A DNA stretch of 64,000 nucleotides from contig CM052816.1 in the NCBI GenBank assembly GCA_028534125.1, positions 38,690,001 through 38,754,000 of the forward strand. The letters are read 5' to 3'. The stretch is from Lama glama (lineage: Eukaryota). Position 1 is the stretch's first letter, and the number at the start of each line of letters is the position of its first letter. Positions 1 through 14,004 of the stretch are shown piece by piece. The translations under genes were made by a program, and so were the position numbers. The notes beneath the pieces were generated by a model that was not told where the DNA came from, ran no database searches, and saw only the letters and a program-made list of their open reading frames with translations.

Positions 1-559
1 ATTCAACATCATTTTATTTGTCATTATGCAGAAAAGGATAAGAAAACAGCCATGCATCAAAGGATATCTATTATCTAATCATCTCTATATTGAAAATATA
101 CTGAAGTTTGTTATTTACACTGTTGATTCAAGAGGTTTCTCTGGACATGACACTGTTCTCTTATTTTCCTTCTGTTATTAAGGTGCCTCTAGATCTAAGA
201 ATTCAGTTGTATAATTTATCCCTCTGCTACCACCCAGTAGGAAAAAACCTGGGCCAGCCACTTAGCACTGTGCTGGGAAACTGCCTAGAAAGTAAGGCTC
301 TGCTGCTCTACCTCTGTTATCTTTCTTCTCTTCAAATGCATCTGTGGCCAAAGGTAGAACTTTCATGTCAATCCTATTCCACCAGTATGCCTAACCTCCA
401 GTGCCCAAGCCCTCAATTTTTGGCTTTGTATAAAGATTAATCTTGGTAAAGAATTAACTAGGTCACAAAGTTCCTTTCTTCCTATTTCTACTCTCTTCTG
501 CCTTATTTGGTTACCTTAACATTGCGTCTTTCCCTGAGGAACATTGGCTATGATCAGTT

Positions 560-1970
560 TTGCAAACATTTACTGAGTGCCTTCTCTGTTGGCAATATTA
601 AGGTGCTAAGAAAGAAAGATACATAGAACACAACCTCTGTCCTTAAGGAGATTGTAGCTTATTAAGGGAGAGAGATAAAGGGATCATATTGCTATAATTC
701 CATACCTCCAATAGTTAAAGGTAAGTTTTAGGTTTTATGGAAACAGAGAGGGGGAATAATTAACCACGGTAAGGGTAGGAATCACATTAATAAAGGTTAC
801 AGGGGAACTGAGATCTGCTCTCACAGTGTAAGTAGGAATTAGCAGGCAAAGAAGAGTGCTACAGGTGGGAAAATAACATGAGTAACTGCATAGAAGCATG
901 ATGCCAAAGGTTTTGTTCAGGTTACAAGCAGTTGGGTATTTATGAAGCATAAAATGTGCTTGAGTTTTGGACATTTGCAGTCAAGGTATCTGTGGGACAA
1001 CTCAGTACAAATATTTAACAGGAAGTTTACAAGAAAAGTCAAGACTAAATATTTGGTAGCCATCAATGCAGCTTAGCAAGATGACAATAAGCACAATGGA
1101 TAAAAATCAAATAAGGTAAGGAGGAGAGAGAGCATTGTTGTTTTATATAACATGGTCAAGAAGTGTTTCACTTTTTAGGTGACTTCGGAGCAGAGATCTA
1201 AAGTAAGAAGGTGAGTTATAATGAATAGATCAGGATAGAGCTTTACAGGAAGAAGAAATAGCACATGCGAAGGCCTTGAGTTAAGAGTGTGTTTGAATTC
1301 TTTGAGGAACAGGGATCAGATCAGGTAATCTTAAGGGTCATCATACAGACTTCACTATATGGACTTTTACTCTGAATAATATGAAAATCCAGTAGCAGTT
1401 TAGACTGAAAAGTGATATGATTTATGTTTTAATAAACTTACTCTGGCTGTTGTCTATGGAATCTACTATGGCACAAGGGGAAAAAGCAGAGGTCGTGTTT
1501 TTCCCTTTTTAGGAGGCCATACCATTAATTCATGAGAGAATAATGGTAGTTTAGAGTGGTAATAAAGAATGGTAGGATTTTAGCTACTTTTTGAAAGTAG
1601 AGTTCCCAAGATCTTCTGAGTCTGAGTATATGAGAAAGGTAAAAGTTCAAAACATAAGAAGAAGTCTAGAATAAGAAGGACCAGGCGGTGAGAAAGGAAA
1701 ACGAGGTAAGAATGATGACACAGAGCAAAGGAAGTGTACTTGTTTAAAGAAAATTTGGAGAAGGAGAATGTAGCAGTATTGCCTGAAACAATAGAGTAAA
1801 AAAAAGGATAAAAATATCTGCTGGACTTAACAATTCTGAAGTTGTTATCCTTTGCCAAAGCAGTCTCATTGAAGTGGCAAGGTGGAAATCAGATTGCAAT
1901 GGGTTGGAGCATGAATGAGGCCTAAAGAATGAGAGATAGCATTAAGTGTTATCATTTGAAAACTTGACAG
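560..1970 (-). mobile_element. L2 LINE fragments (ancient)
   Basis: Reverse-orientation L2 3' end (aaacatttactgagtgcc...ctgtccttaaggag) plus purine-rich L2 body motifs (gagttttggacatt, aaatcagattgcaatgggttg). Confidence 0.6.
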
Positions 1971-2604
1971 AGTGGATATAAGAGGGTTATAGTTGTTGGG
2001 TATTGGAGCAAAAAGATTTAATCTGTCCTGTGATGTGATTCAGAACCAGCAGAGATCCAGGGTAATCTCTTTTAATCCAGGATTTCAAAGACAACCCAGT
2101 GGAATGGGTCATTTCCTCTTTCTAGTCATCAGGATTTAAATGTCAATTTCCCTTGGAACCCGAGTCAAGGAGAGAACTCCAGAAGAACAACTCAACGATT
2201 CAGCAGTCATCCAAACAGAAGCAAAATGTATCCAAAGTAGTCACCAAGAATTACCTAAACTGTCTTTTGGGGAAATGATACATCCATTAAATTTGTATGG
2301 CATTTTATTCAGTTGTACTAGTATCTGGTTTAGTAACTTCACCTGATAAATCATCTGGCTTCAGCTTTTGCTAAGCAGATAAAAATGTTAAAGTCTGTAA
2401 AATAAGCGGGCATCTTATTTTCAATTATTTAAATAAGATTTATACAGATCAACAGATTGTTTTTACAGTGGTCTCAATAAGACCTTAATGCTTTTCAACT
2501 TTAATCAAGTATAATCTACTATATATAGATTATGCAATATCTCCCTAAATATTCATGTTAACTTGTATTTTTAAATGTCCTCCCATTAAGAACAAATGGA
2601 ATAA

Positions 2605-2920
2605 CAGTCATAAAAATTTTAAACTGGAAGGAGTTTTGGAAACATCAGGCCCAAACACCTTCATATTTATTAATGGAGCAAACAAGCTCAGGAAATCTTG
2701 CTAGTCAGGCTAACATTTTATATAAATTATATAAATAATTTATTATATAAATACCAGTAGAAATGAGGCGAGGGTATAGTTCAGTGGCAGAGTGCACGCT
2801 TAGCATGCCCAAGGTCCTGGGTTCAATCCCCATTACCTCTCTTAAAAAAAAACTACCAACAGAAACGAGATGAAATCTAGATTCCTGGATTTCTGTCCCA
2901 TTTTCTTTCCACTACTGCAA
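2605..2920 (-). mobile_element. MIR (MIR3/MIRc-like) remnant interrupted by the SINE
   Basis: aaactggaaggagttttggaaacatc...aatggagcaaacaagctcagg...gatgaaatctagattcctgga resembles reverse-orientation MIR. Confidence 0.45.
2767..2852 (+). mobile_element. tRNA-Ala-derived SINE (camelid Vic-1-like) with A-tail and target-site duplication
   Basis: GGCGAGGGTATAGTTCAGTGGCAGAGTGCACGCTTAGCATG...GGTTCAATCCCC. A box TAGTTCAGTGG (2777-2787), B box GGTTCAATCCC (2820-2830), AGC anticodon, A-tail. Degenerate TSD taccagtagaaatgag (2752-2767) / taccaacagaaacgag (2854-2869). Confidence 0.85.
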
Positions 2921-3356
2921 TCCGTAATTCTTTTTAAGTCGCCTCTAAAATCATTTCTCTTAAAACAGTACTGGGATACCAACACCAAAATTAAATATTT
3001 AAAATGTACTGACTCCCTTCCTATATTTGACTCTAGGCACTGGTAAAACTGGAATGCTATCTCAGGCTCTTGGCAGTCTGCTCATTTCCTGACTCAGACT
3101 AGCCAGTTCTCAAGATTTAATTCAAAAACCATTCATTGAAAGGCTATTACCAGTAAGATACTGTCTTAGGAGCTGAATAAGATATATCAGATGCAGAGTT
3201 TAAAAACTTATCTAAAAAGACAGACGCATAGACCAGTAACTGTAGTATAGAGCAAATTGGGTAAAGAATGTTTAGGAAGAATAAAACCCAAGTACATAGA
3301 AGCGAAAGCAATTTTATGGCTGGAGATGGACATGAAAATAGCCAACACTATCTTAT

Positions 3357-3404
3357 AAATTGTTGAGATCTGCTTTGAACAAATTGTTGAGATCTGCTTT
3401 GAAC
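3357..3404. repeat. Perfect 24-bp tandem duplication (AAATTGTTGAGATCTGCTTTGAAC x2)
   Basis: Copies read directly at 3357-3380 and 3381-3404. Confidence 0.95.
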
Positions 3405-4429
3405 CAATCTGTTACCAGCAGAGCCCAATGGATACAGAAATATTTCCTTTGAAGATTATATGCTTGTCATCCAACTCAGCTTTTTTCCATACCAAACTCA
3501 ACACAGCCATGTCTAGATTTAGTTAGCATACAAAGCACTTTTTTTAAATGCCCATGGTGCAGAGGGTAAAGAGCATGCACTAAATAAATCAGCTGTGCAA
3601 AAGGCTCTCTTAATATATCAAAGAATCTTTACAGAAAGTTATTAGAGTCCTCAAAGTCTCCATAAAATAATCCATTTACATTCACTGTCCACTTAAGTGG
3701 CTACCTCTAAATTTATGGGTTAGCTGCTTGCTGAAACATCATATAACTTGCTGAGTGTTAATTTCTTAGATAACTCTGGTCCAGTAAGAAAAGTGCAAAT
3801 AAGAGTCAGAGTAAGGAAACTAATACCTCCCGTATCTGGATTCTTAGATACCAACCCAGGCCATTCAGAATCACTGTGCCCTCAATGGAATATTTTTGAC
3901 AAGCATTTATGTCATAATAGATTGAAGATTAGAGAATATATAATTTTTCTTTCAGGATCCAAATTTTAGCTATATTTTTCTTCAACTAGTTGTTACCAAA
4001 TATGTTTTATTTTCAAATACCCAACCTGTAAAATAAACTGCATATGTCAAAAAAAATTCAACAGAAAAGCCATTATTTTCTCCATTTTCTTACTATAAAC
4101 ATTACTATCGGAAGCTAATCTGTACAAAGCATGAGTGTCAGGGGTGAAAACAGTACTGTGTTCTTTTTATTTCTAGAGAGGTCTATCCAAGTTTCCACTT
4201 CACCCATTTGATTGTTTTCCCTAGTGTTAAACAAGGGAAGTTCTGCATCCCTTCCCAGTGTACAGAGTTCTGACCTCTAAGAAGGTGGAAGTACACAGGA
4301 AAGCTTTCACTTATGCTGCTTGGCGAAACATCTCCAGAATCTCTCATAAATGAAACAGGGCCTGAAGCATCTCTCTACACTAATGTTGGCCAAATTACCC
4401 TCATTTGTATGCTGCTGTCCTATCTTGCA

Positions 4430-4838
4430 TCTTACCTCCATAACACCGAGACTCTTACATACTTAATATTTTAGTTTAAATGGTATCATTATTTTCACTT
4501 AATATACATTAAAAAACCTTTCTACCTCTGTTGTAAATAAAAAGTCAACAGCATTTGCCACTAAAATAATGTCATAAACATCTACCTATATGCAGCTGCT
4601 TGCCAAAGCCTGTTTTCCAGTTATTAAATAGGGAGACCAGCAAGTGTTAGTGAGCTATTTAAGACACATTAACGCCACGTTGAGGTTTTATCTTTTATTC
4701 CTTATTCTAATTAGGAAAAATATTGCAGAGAGCGCTTCTCTTTCCATGCGGTTCAGTGTTTTATAATGCTGTGTCCATGTACCTTCTAAAATCATCTCAA
4801 GTACCTCTAGGCAGCCAAGTGGCACTCTGAGAACACTG
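4430..4838. mobile_element. hAT-Charlie DNA transposon remnant (MER113-like)
   Basis: gagaccagcaagtgttag...gtgtccatgtaccttctaaaatcatctca...ctctgagaacactg, with a hAT-type terminus. Family assignment from memory. Confidence 0.45.
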
Positions 4839-7800
4839 CTGTAAATTACCCAGAATCTCATAGGCCCAAACCTTGCCCCTTCTAATTGATCCATAATTCA
4901 GCATCACTACTGTCATTACAATCTAATCTGAGCTCTCCTTCCCCTCTCCCCACCCGCACTGTCTCTCCTGGGTTTTCCTCAGAGCATGACTAGCATGTGT
5001 TTTTTGGACACTTTCCCATGGTATTCCACCACCAGTTAGTAGTCACCACTTCCTAGCAACTCTCTGGTTCAATCCTCATATCAAAAATATAAAATGGTGA
5101 GACTCATAACTATCTACATATACCACCTCCTGATTTAATTTTTCACTTCAGTGTTTTACTTTCAAGGTTTAGCTATTTCTCACAGATAATGAGATGCCTT
5201 AAAAGCCTGTCTTCCTTGAATTTCTGCTGCCCTGAACTTTCACTGTCATTTTAACATCAATTATTTTCCTTCATTCTCCAAGTTAATATCTCTACATTCC
5301 ACCTGGAAACAAAACTCGTATTCTCAGCTCTGGAATAACCAGATGTCTCATTCTAATTTTTACAAACTCTAACTTTGGATATGGTATCTATCGTATCTGT
5401 AATATTCTTAAACTATAAACTTCCCACATGGTGTACTTTCTACTAAAAAATAGTTAAACTATGCTGGTACAATACACACATTCTTTTTGAAACTAGTAGA
5501 GCTGTGTGACCCGGTAAAGAAAAGTTAGCAGGCAAATGAAGACGTTGTGTACTATCCTTATTGTAATCCCCTTCTCAATTATCCCAGCTTTCAAAAAATC
5601 AAATTTAGCATTGCTGAAAACAAGAAATATTCAGCATCAATACTGAACATGAGTCAGTAGCCAAGACTGTAGTATGTGCACTTGTCATTTTTCACACAAC
5701 CCAACTTCTGCCAGGATATTTCCTAAACATTACATGTGATCAAATGGCTTTTCACCCATTTTATGGGCTTTTAAAGGCTCACCATGATTTCACTTATAGC
5801 TATTATTTCTAATACAGTTGGGCACTAACCTGATGACCCATCAGATCATCCAGAATATAAAACAAAGGACACATACTGGTCAACTGCTGGGCGGCAAGTC
5901 TCTGAGTGACCAGGTCATGAGTGACCTAAAAGCCTTCACACATGGAAAGATTAATGGGAAGAGGAAGAAAATCTTTAGCAAATGCCACAGTAAAACTAGC
6001 TTTTCTATAGAGACATTAAATATAGAATTCAGCCATACTGGCACAGAACTCTCCACTGGGGCATTAACCACTTTCAGGTAAAATTAAATATTATTTTTCT
6101 AATTAACAAATGGTGCTGACATTTGACAGAGCCAACAATTTGAGTTGAAAATGAAATACACATTGTATTGAGATGGCCCAAAGATCAATAATTCATTACA
6201 ATGATTTCAAACTGAGGTTTTCTTTTTACATAGGGGAAAAAATTATAAGAAAGAGGCATTTAGATGACAGACGTGGTATTCCTGAGGTGAGCTACTGCAG
6301 CAGCTCATCATATTTACCTAGGTATCTCTTTAAGGTCTTATTTGTGAAAGGTTGTGATAAAACAGAATAGAACTTTAAATTCATTTGGCTTTTGAGATTA
6401 TCACTCTATTTAACCTTGAAAGCTTTTTGCATTTTCTCATGCCTTCGTTTGCTTTCAGGAATTTATCTTCATTTTAACTTTAATCCGTTCTATATCTCCT
6501 GCCTCATCTTTGATCCACAAGGTTCAACCTTTTTGTTTTTTTTAATCTGCAATGTCTACAGTGTAGGTGGGAGTAGGGAGGGCCTCCATCTCCTTTTTAC
6601 AAAGGTATATAACATGGTAATGTTAAAAAGGTCATCCATACATATGAGTGTATGTGTGTGCACCTGTGACATTAATCAAGGATCATTTTATACATTATAT
6701 TGAAAAACTGACATCCAAGTAATACTTATTCTCTATTAAGTAGCAGTTTCACCTGGGATTTACAACACTGATTCTGTCAGTCACACTATCCTTAAGGTAA
6801 CAGCATTTTGTTTCAAGAAGCCCAAGCATTTCAGCATTACTTCTTACAAAAGTGGAAGCAAACACTTATTAACTTTGCCATAAGAACCATGAAATTAGCT
6901 TTGTACTGGCTGTCCTAGACTCTGTATAGAATTGCAATGGTTGAGACCAGGTTTGCACAATCGGGGGCATTTTTTTTACATTAGGTATCACAAACACAAA
7001 ACCTAAGATCTGTGACCTTTCCAAGCAAACCCCCACCCAAATTATATACCATTGGCTCTAAAAATTTTTAAATATATATTTAAATAATGTGCACACAAAA
7101 AATAACTTTCTTTTAAATTAAAATTATCTTAAAATTTTATATCAAAAAGTGAGTTTAATGTGATACATTCAAATAAGTGCATGAGAACTATAATTTGATA
7201 TGATAAGGAAAGGCCCTGCCAAAGTAAGCATGCCTAGGACATACGTTGTGTGATCACTACAGATTTTCAATTAAATGTCAGCAAGGCAGTAATTCAGACT
7301 GTGAAACACTGAGAATTTTGTAAAGCAACAAAAAAGCTGTATCAGAACTAGTTGTCAGCGAGAAATTGCTCTCTCAGAAACATTAAGTCAGATAAACTGG
7401 GATTTCCCCAAATCTTATCCAGTGAAAAGAAAACCCCAGGAGTCTTGGGTCTTATTATAATTGGTCTTATTCTCATCTCATTTCTGAAAACAATATGAAT
7501 AGAACAGCTATATTCCAAGATAATTTAAAATGGTTTATACTGTCCCAAAGTTATCATGAGTATCAATATATCTATGATAGATTTTTTTCTTTTTTGACCA
7601 AAAATTTAAATATGCCAAAGATATACCATAGTAGAGATGCTCAGGAAATGTTCACATATAGTTTGTTTCCTATTTATTTTATTTAACAACTCAGAGTGTC
7701 TAACAATGACCCCCACGTATTTCTTACCTGAGAAAAATCAGAGCAGAGAATTCTCAGTAGAATGTCATGGGCTTTTAAGGATTAGACTTATGAACTACCT

Positions 7801-9099
7801 TATATCAAATCACCACATCCTATTACAGTTCCACACCTTGTTGAAGGCCCAATATACACTTGGACTTAAAATCAAGCACCCCAGTGTTACAAGCTAGCCT
7901 GTTTTCTCACAATAACAATTCCACAGAGAGAAACTTCTCTCACTTTCTAACAGGTCTGAGACTCTGAAATGTGACTGCTTCTATTCTGTAATTTTCCATC
8001 ACATGTGCAAGATATGTATCGACAGTGAAACATAGTTTCCTATTTACCACTTCAACAAGTGACTGAAAATTGAAATTATTCAACTGAAAATATTTTCTAT
8101 ACAACAGGCACTCATTTTAGTTAAAAATAAAAACAATTAAAAAAAAAACAGGATTGATCTCTATGGCTTCGTTTCTTTTTCAAATATTTCCTCCTAAAAA
8201 ATCACTGATTTCTTAGCTCATAGGACGTGATGGGGAAATTTCTTTTTAACATGCTACCTGTACCTGAATATGACATGCTGACCTACCACTGCTACAACAT
8301 GCTGTTGGAGTTATACCACAGCAGTCACATTTAGTGGCTAGCTTTCTTGATGAACATTGATCTACTTGCTGAGAATACAAGTTGTAATAGCAGACACAAT
8401 TTAAAGCCATGAACTGAGTGTCTGGATTGGCAAATCTATGCACATGAGGCCTGCTGGAGACTGAAAGTTTTTAATTAAAGTAAAACATTTCCAGTAGTAG
8501 AAATGAAAATGAATAATTTTGAAAGTTTAAATCATAGTGACAAGTTATGTCACAAAGTTTCAAAACTGTGGCTACCACCATCCCCACCGGAGGATTTACT
8601 CCGTTGCATTACAAATGGGAAGCCTGGCCCACTTATAAATCAATCAGAAGAAGTATTAGGGACAAAGTTCATTCTGAACTGCAAGTCCTTGTACAGGAAT
8701 TTATCTTTGACAAACAACCACCAGTTCTATTTCCCCCAGCTGCTAACGCCTTGCTTTACTACAATAGCAGGTTGGATGATAAGTAATAAGAAAGGCATTT
8801 AATCTTTAAAGTTTCCACATAATACACTTCAGTTAACTATAAATGACAGTAAACCCTGAAATCTTTCAAAATTTCCCAGGAAAAGGGTCAAAAAGGATAT
8901 ATAAGGTTTATCAAAGTTTACATACATAAAAGAAGAATCTAGATTTTATCATACCCAGGATAAATCTCACTACTTAGAACCAGGGAAAAAAAGAATTGCC
9001 ATCTGAAAGAGTGAAAGATCATAATAATTATTAAGATCATAATTATTTTGTTTATATATAAAGAAATGTTAATACTTTCAAACCATAAAGGTACTGGGG

Positions 9100-9290
9100 G
9101 TGAGAGTAGTATGACAGGTTGGCACTTAGGAATCATGAGATCCCAGCTCTCCCATTTGCATCAGGTACTTAAATTCACTGTATTTCAGGTTCCTTCTGTA
9201 TAAAATGAGACAAGATTAAAGGAGGCAACAGTTACAAAGAATTTTGCACAATGTATCCTGAAATATTGTGAGTGCTCATAAACATTCATT
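9100..9290 (+). mobile_element. MIR remnant
   Basis: Degenerate core ttcaggttccttctgtataaaatgag and 3' end gtgagtgctcataaacatt. Confidence 0.45.
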
Positions 9291-9599
9291 AACTTTACAG
9301 CCCACAATAATTATACAAGATTAACAAAATATTTCCAGTAACTACTTGGTAATTCTGCTTCAATAATATAAAACATAATTTTACATAACATAAAGTTGTT
9401 TTGCTTTGGGGGTGTCAGTTTTTTGTGACTAAATACTTCCAGAAGTCTAGAAAGTTGCTTGTTATTTAAGTAGGTTAAATAAAATTTTCCCCTGGTAACT
9501 TATTTATACCTGTCATCTAGTTAGCAGAAACCACAAATAAAACAAATAAACAAAGTTTTCATTTTAATTAAAATTTCCAAATTCAGCATGACATTGTAA

Positions 9600-9860
9600 A
9601 AAAGGATGGATGGGCTTTGGAGTTAGAAATAGCTATGTTTAAATCCTAGTTTTGCATTATAAACATGTTTAATTTATCTAAGAGGTTTAAGCTTCAGTTT
9701 CCTCATCTGTCAAACTGGAGTGATACTGCTTTGTAAAGTGGAAAGAACTAAGTAAAAATCATTTTGGCGTGTAAAATAGAGGTGTGCATGAAATTACATA
9801 CACTTAAATTATATCTGCATATAAATCTGGCAAAGTGTCTCACAGATAATAACTCAAGGT
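9600..9860 (+). mobile_element. MIR
   Basis: gggctttggagttaga...tttaaatcctag...aagcttcagtttcctcatctgtcaaactggag (MIR core). Confidence 0.7.
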
Positions 9861-10499
9861 TTTTTTAAATTAAGAATTTGTGATTAATTATGACTGGACT
9901 AATAAATATTTCTATATACTACTTCAATTCCTGGTCACTACCTAATTCATCAATATAAACCACAAGACCTAGATTTGGACTTTGGTACCTTAAAGGCTTC
10001 TCATCTATAAAGCTATGCTCAGAATTTGTGTAGGATAAGATAAAAAATGTTTATGCTCCTCACCTAACTGCCAAATAGTGCAAAGGAGGAACTGTAAATA
10101 TAACACCTGCTACAGGGATTCTTAATTTTCAGGCTGACTACTAGAAAGTACCAAGTAAGCAGTGGTCTTTATTCCTTCCTTGGGTTATTATGTAGATTAG
10201 AGCTTTAAAAGATTTTCTAAGTGGTGCCCTCACTTGCCACTGAAGTTTTTTTTCTTCTAACAACTAAAAAGGGTATAAATGTAAAAACTGTATTAATCAT
10301 TTATCTGGCTTTTTACAGCTGAGACATTGTTTTCAGAATTAAGGGTCACATTTTAGAGAGACAGCTGCAGGACTGTCAAGAAGACTTGTTTAATGGCTCA
10401 TGGACTTTGTCAAAGACAGCTTACAGGGACATGTCTACAGAGTCAACATACAGAAACAGCCAACAAGTGTCTTTCCATGCACAGCCTTGCTCCTTCTAT

Positions 10500-10850
10500 C
10501 CAGCTGCTGATTTGCTGTGTTTGGCTCCATATGCTTGGAACATTCAGACCCCTAGATCTTCACAAGCCATTGTCCTTGCCATTCAGTTCTTAAATGTCCC
10601 CTCCTCAGAGAGGCTTTCCCTGACCAAACCACCAAAGTTACCACCTAACTCCGACCACATCACTTTTTATCCCATCACTTTGTTTTGTTTTCTTTTCTTT
10701 TAGAAACTATCACCACCTTGTTTATGTACTGATTTACTTGTTTAGTTTGGAATCCTGGCAGCTTCCTCATCACTGTAATGCAAACTACTGAATTACTACA
10801 TGGCCTATAACAAACACTCACTGATTATTAACTAAAAGGATGGATCCTGA
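10500..10850 (+). mobile_element. L2 3' region
   Basis: aaatgtcccctcctcagagaggctttccctgacc, a typical L2a 3' motif. Confidence 0.65.
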
Positions 10851-13821
10851 TGTCTGTTACATGCAGTGGAGAGGCTGGGCATTTTCAAAAGCATATTGCC
10901 TATCTAGACATTCTTCATCAAGGTATGATTCTGCCTTCCTTATAAACTGTACTTGCCTCTAAAGAACACAAATCTAATATGGTCTCTTTGGCCCAATCCA
11001 ACTCAGGCCATAAGTGAAAGTAAAGGGAGCCACTTATCCAGAAAGATAATAACAAAAACAGGTTCCTGTTAGGATCAAAAATACATGTAGCTTCATACAG
11101 TCAAAGCCTAAGAGAACAATGCCATACAGTAAATCCACGTTTTAGCAAAGCTGACAGAGGTTTCTTCACTGGGGAAAAAAAAAACCCTGCATGACAAGCT
11201 TCTGTTAGATGGTAAAAGTCAACAATATCATCATCTAATTCTTAGTGATCCACCATGATCCATAGCTGTACAGTAACTACCCCTCCTGAATTAAATGTCA
11301 AAAAGAGAGAGAGAGCTTTGACACTGAAGTACAGTTTGCATGCCATGAATTTCTTTCTCTACATAGATAAGCAACTTCGCATTTATTATGTATCCCAATA
11401 ACCACAGCATCCCACAACATTCTGTAGTTATTTCCAAGTTGCCCATCTGTCACAGCCTCTCTATATGCCCCTAGAATATTGCCTGCGAATACTTCCTGGA
11501 GGTACACAGAAACCTGGGAAAGACCATGCAGTTCTGACATCCAGAATTAATCCCCAATTTTCTCCTCTTTTCTACCATTTTGTTTTTTTAGTTTTCTAAC
11601 CCCCAAATGGCTACTTAAACTTGCTTCAGGCCTCCCCTTTATTTGCAATCTGCACTTTCTTTGGACGCCCTTTTTAATTTTCCATATTTACGTTTGGTTC
11701 TCTCCCACAAAAGACAGACCAAACACACTGGAAGAGAGGGAGAGCACATACTTCTTCAAAAGGCACCAAAAAAACACTGAATGGCGGGCATCAGGTGTAT
11801 TCTACTTCACTCTTTATCCTTTGGCCTCTTTACGGTGACTAGTATCTCGCAGTTAACTCGAGAATTTCCTTTTGTGATGACACTCTGTTTTGTTTTATCC
11901 CACTCCACACATTACCGGCTCTTTAAGGACAAAGACCATGCTTTTACTCACCATGAAAGCTTTTGCTTACTTTGTGTATTTAACACATAGTACTTTTAAG
12001 AGAGTTGTCAAATTAACTGAATGGAATTAAATTCTGGACAAATGGACATTTTTTATAAAATTTTAATGTCAAGTTTTAATTTCTAAGATTCTTATTTTAT
12101 AGATGTTTTATTTTGATTACCCTTATAAGCCATTTAATAATTGTTGCCTACCTGAGAAAACCAAATTGAACACAAATATATGCCAAACTGCATATAAAAT
12201 GTTTCATGTTGATCTTGGTGGCACATGTTAGAATCAGGAAACTCAGAAAAGGAGATAGGGCCAAGTCCTGCTTCCTGAATTAGAATCCCAACCATCTTGG
12301 ACATATATTCCTATAAAGAACCACTAATAAAAGTATAGGCAATTATAAAAGAGTTCAGGAAATGAAGATATTTTATAGAGACATTGTGAAAGTCAAATGA
12401 ACTTTGCTTTCAGAAAGGGCATCACAGACTGGAAAGTGCTGTAAAATGTTAATGACCATTCTCATCACCATTATCACTTCCAGTAGAGATTTTCTGGTAG
12501 CTACTTGGGGAGAAAGTTTTTGAGCTCAGCTTTCGGAGTTGCACTGTATCTAAGGAAGACCATATTGGAAAAAAAATCCCATGAATCTTCACTTATTCAC
12601 TCTGATATATTTTCAGTTGTTTAGCAATTTTTTTAACTCAATACAACTTTTAAAAATCACCACTCTTGACCTAATTTATAAAATTTTCATCTTTAAATCT
12701 TATTCCAATGTTAAATACATCCAATTGCTTCTAAATTGGTAAAATATTTTTGTTAATCATTAAAAACTCATATGAAAGGACATATTCGTTTATTAGAATA
12801 TCCAAACTGCAGAATAATGTGTAGCGCTGGTGTCATTCAAGCCCTCAAAGTACATTAAATAGTATCACTCACAACTTTATCTGAAAATATGAAAATGTTT
12901 ATTATGTTTAAAACACTTTGATGACTGGTTGTTTTGTTGCAGTATGAAACTTCACCAGATTCCATCTGGCCTTATGCTATAATTCTTAATTAATACTCTC
13001 AGGTTCCACAACATGGTTCAAAAACAATGGTAAATTATTATGTTACAGACAGTGATTTCTGAATTAGTTTCTAAGCACCAGCAGCAAATTCTACTATTAT
13101 GAGCTGAATTTAGATCATAAATTATTCTGTAGGCCTTGTTGCTGGTGCCAAACAAACATGTTACTAATATGTGTGAAGATGGCAATTTGGCAAAATAATA
13201 TTTAGAGCACAAAGGACAAAATTATTACTTCCTCTTGGTCAGGTATTCTTGTAGCTAAAAATGATGATGAAAAACTAGCCAAATAGTCCCTGAAGCACAT
13301 TTGTTGAAAACCTGCTTCATCTTCAGCAATGACCTGAGAAGAAACCAGTTAGCAGCTTGACAGATTCAAGACAGGGACAAGCATCTTCCCTTGGCACTAT
13401 TTTAAATTGCTACATGGGAGGGTGAATCGGTGAAACTGGGGTCAGGGGGAAAAGTGGAATAACTGCTTGTTAGAAAAGAAGAGGAGAGCAGGAGAGAATG
13501 CTAAAAGAAAATGTTATACTTCTACAACATACAACAAAAATAAACCTTTAGCAAATTCACGTACTTAAGGAAATAACTTCATTTAGGAAAATAATTACAT
13601 CCAGGAAACAAAAACTATATGCCTATAAACCAAAACAAAGCATGATTTTTATAAGTGATATTAAGCCTTAAGAGTATGTTCAAGAATTAGCTTGACCTAC
13701 AACTCAAGATAATACGAGGGCTTTAATACAGTTGTAGGAAATAGGAAAATATTTTATGAATATCACCTTGATGTAAAAAAGCCATACCTAAAGTAGATAT
13801 CGTGACAGCAACTCCACAATA

Positions 13822-14000
13822 CAGGGGTCAGCAAACACTTTTTGTAAAGAGCCAGATAGCAAATATTTTAAGATCTGTGGGCCATAAAGTCTGTTATAAC
13901 TACTCAATTCTACCATTGGTAGTGCCAAAGAAGTAGACAATATTTAAACAACTGGGCATGATAGTCTTCTAATTAAATTTATTTACAAAAAGAAGCAGCT
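13822..14000 (+). mobile_element. MER58A-like hAT MITE (3' part cut by the adjacent L1)
   Basis: Begins caggggtcagcaaac...gtaaagagccagatagcaaatatttta...gtgggccata...ataactactcaattctacc. Confidence 0.75.
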
Positions 14001-14004
14001 TATC

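Noticed and set aside
2767..2840. Functional tRNA-Ala gene
   Set aside because: Mismatched stems, an A-tail and a TSD identify it as a SINE insertion.
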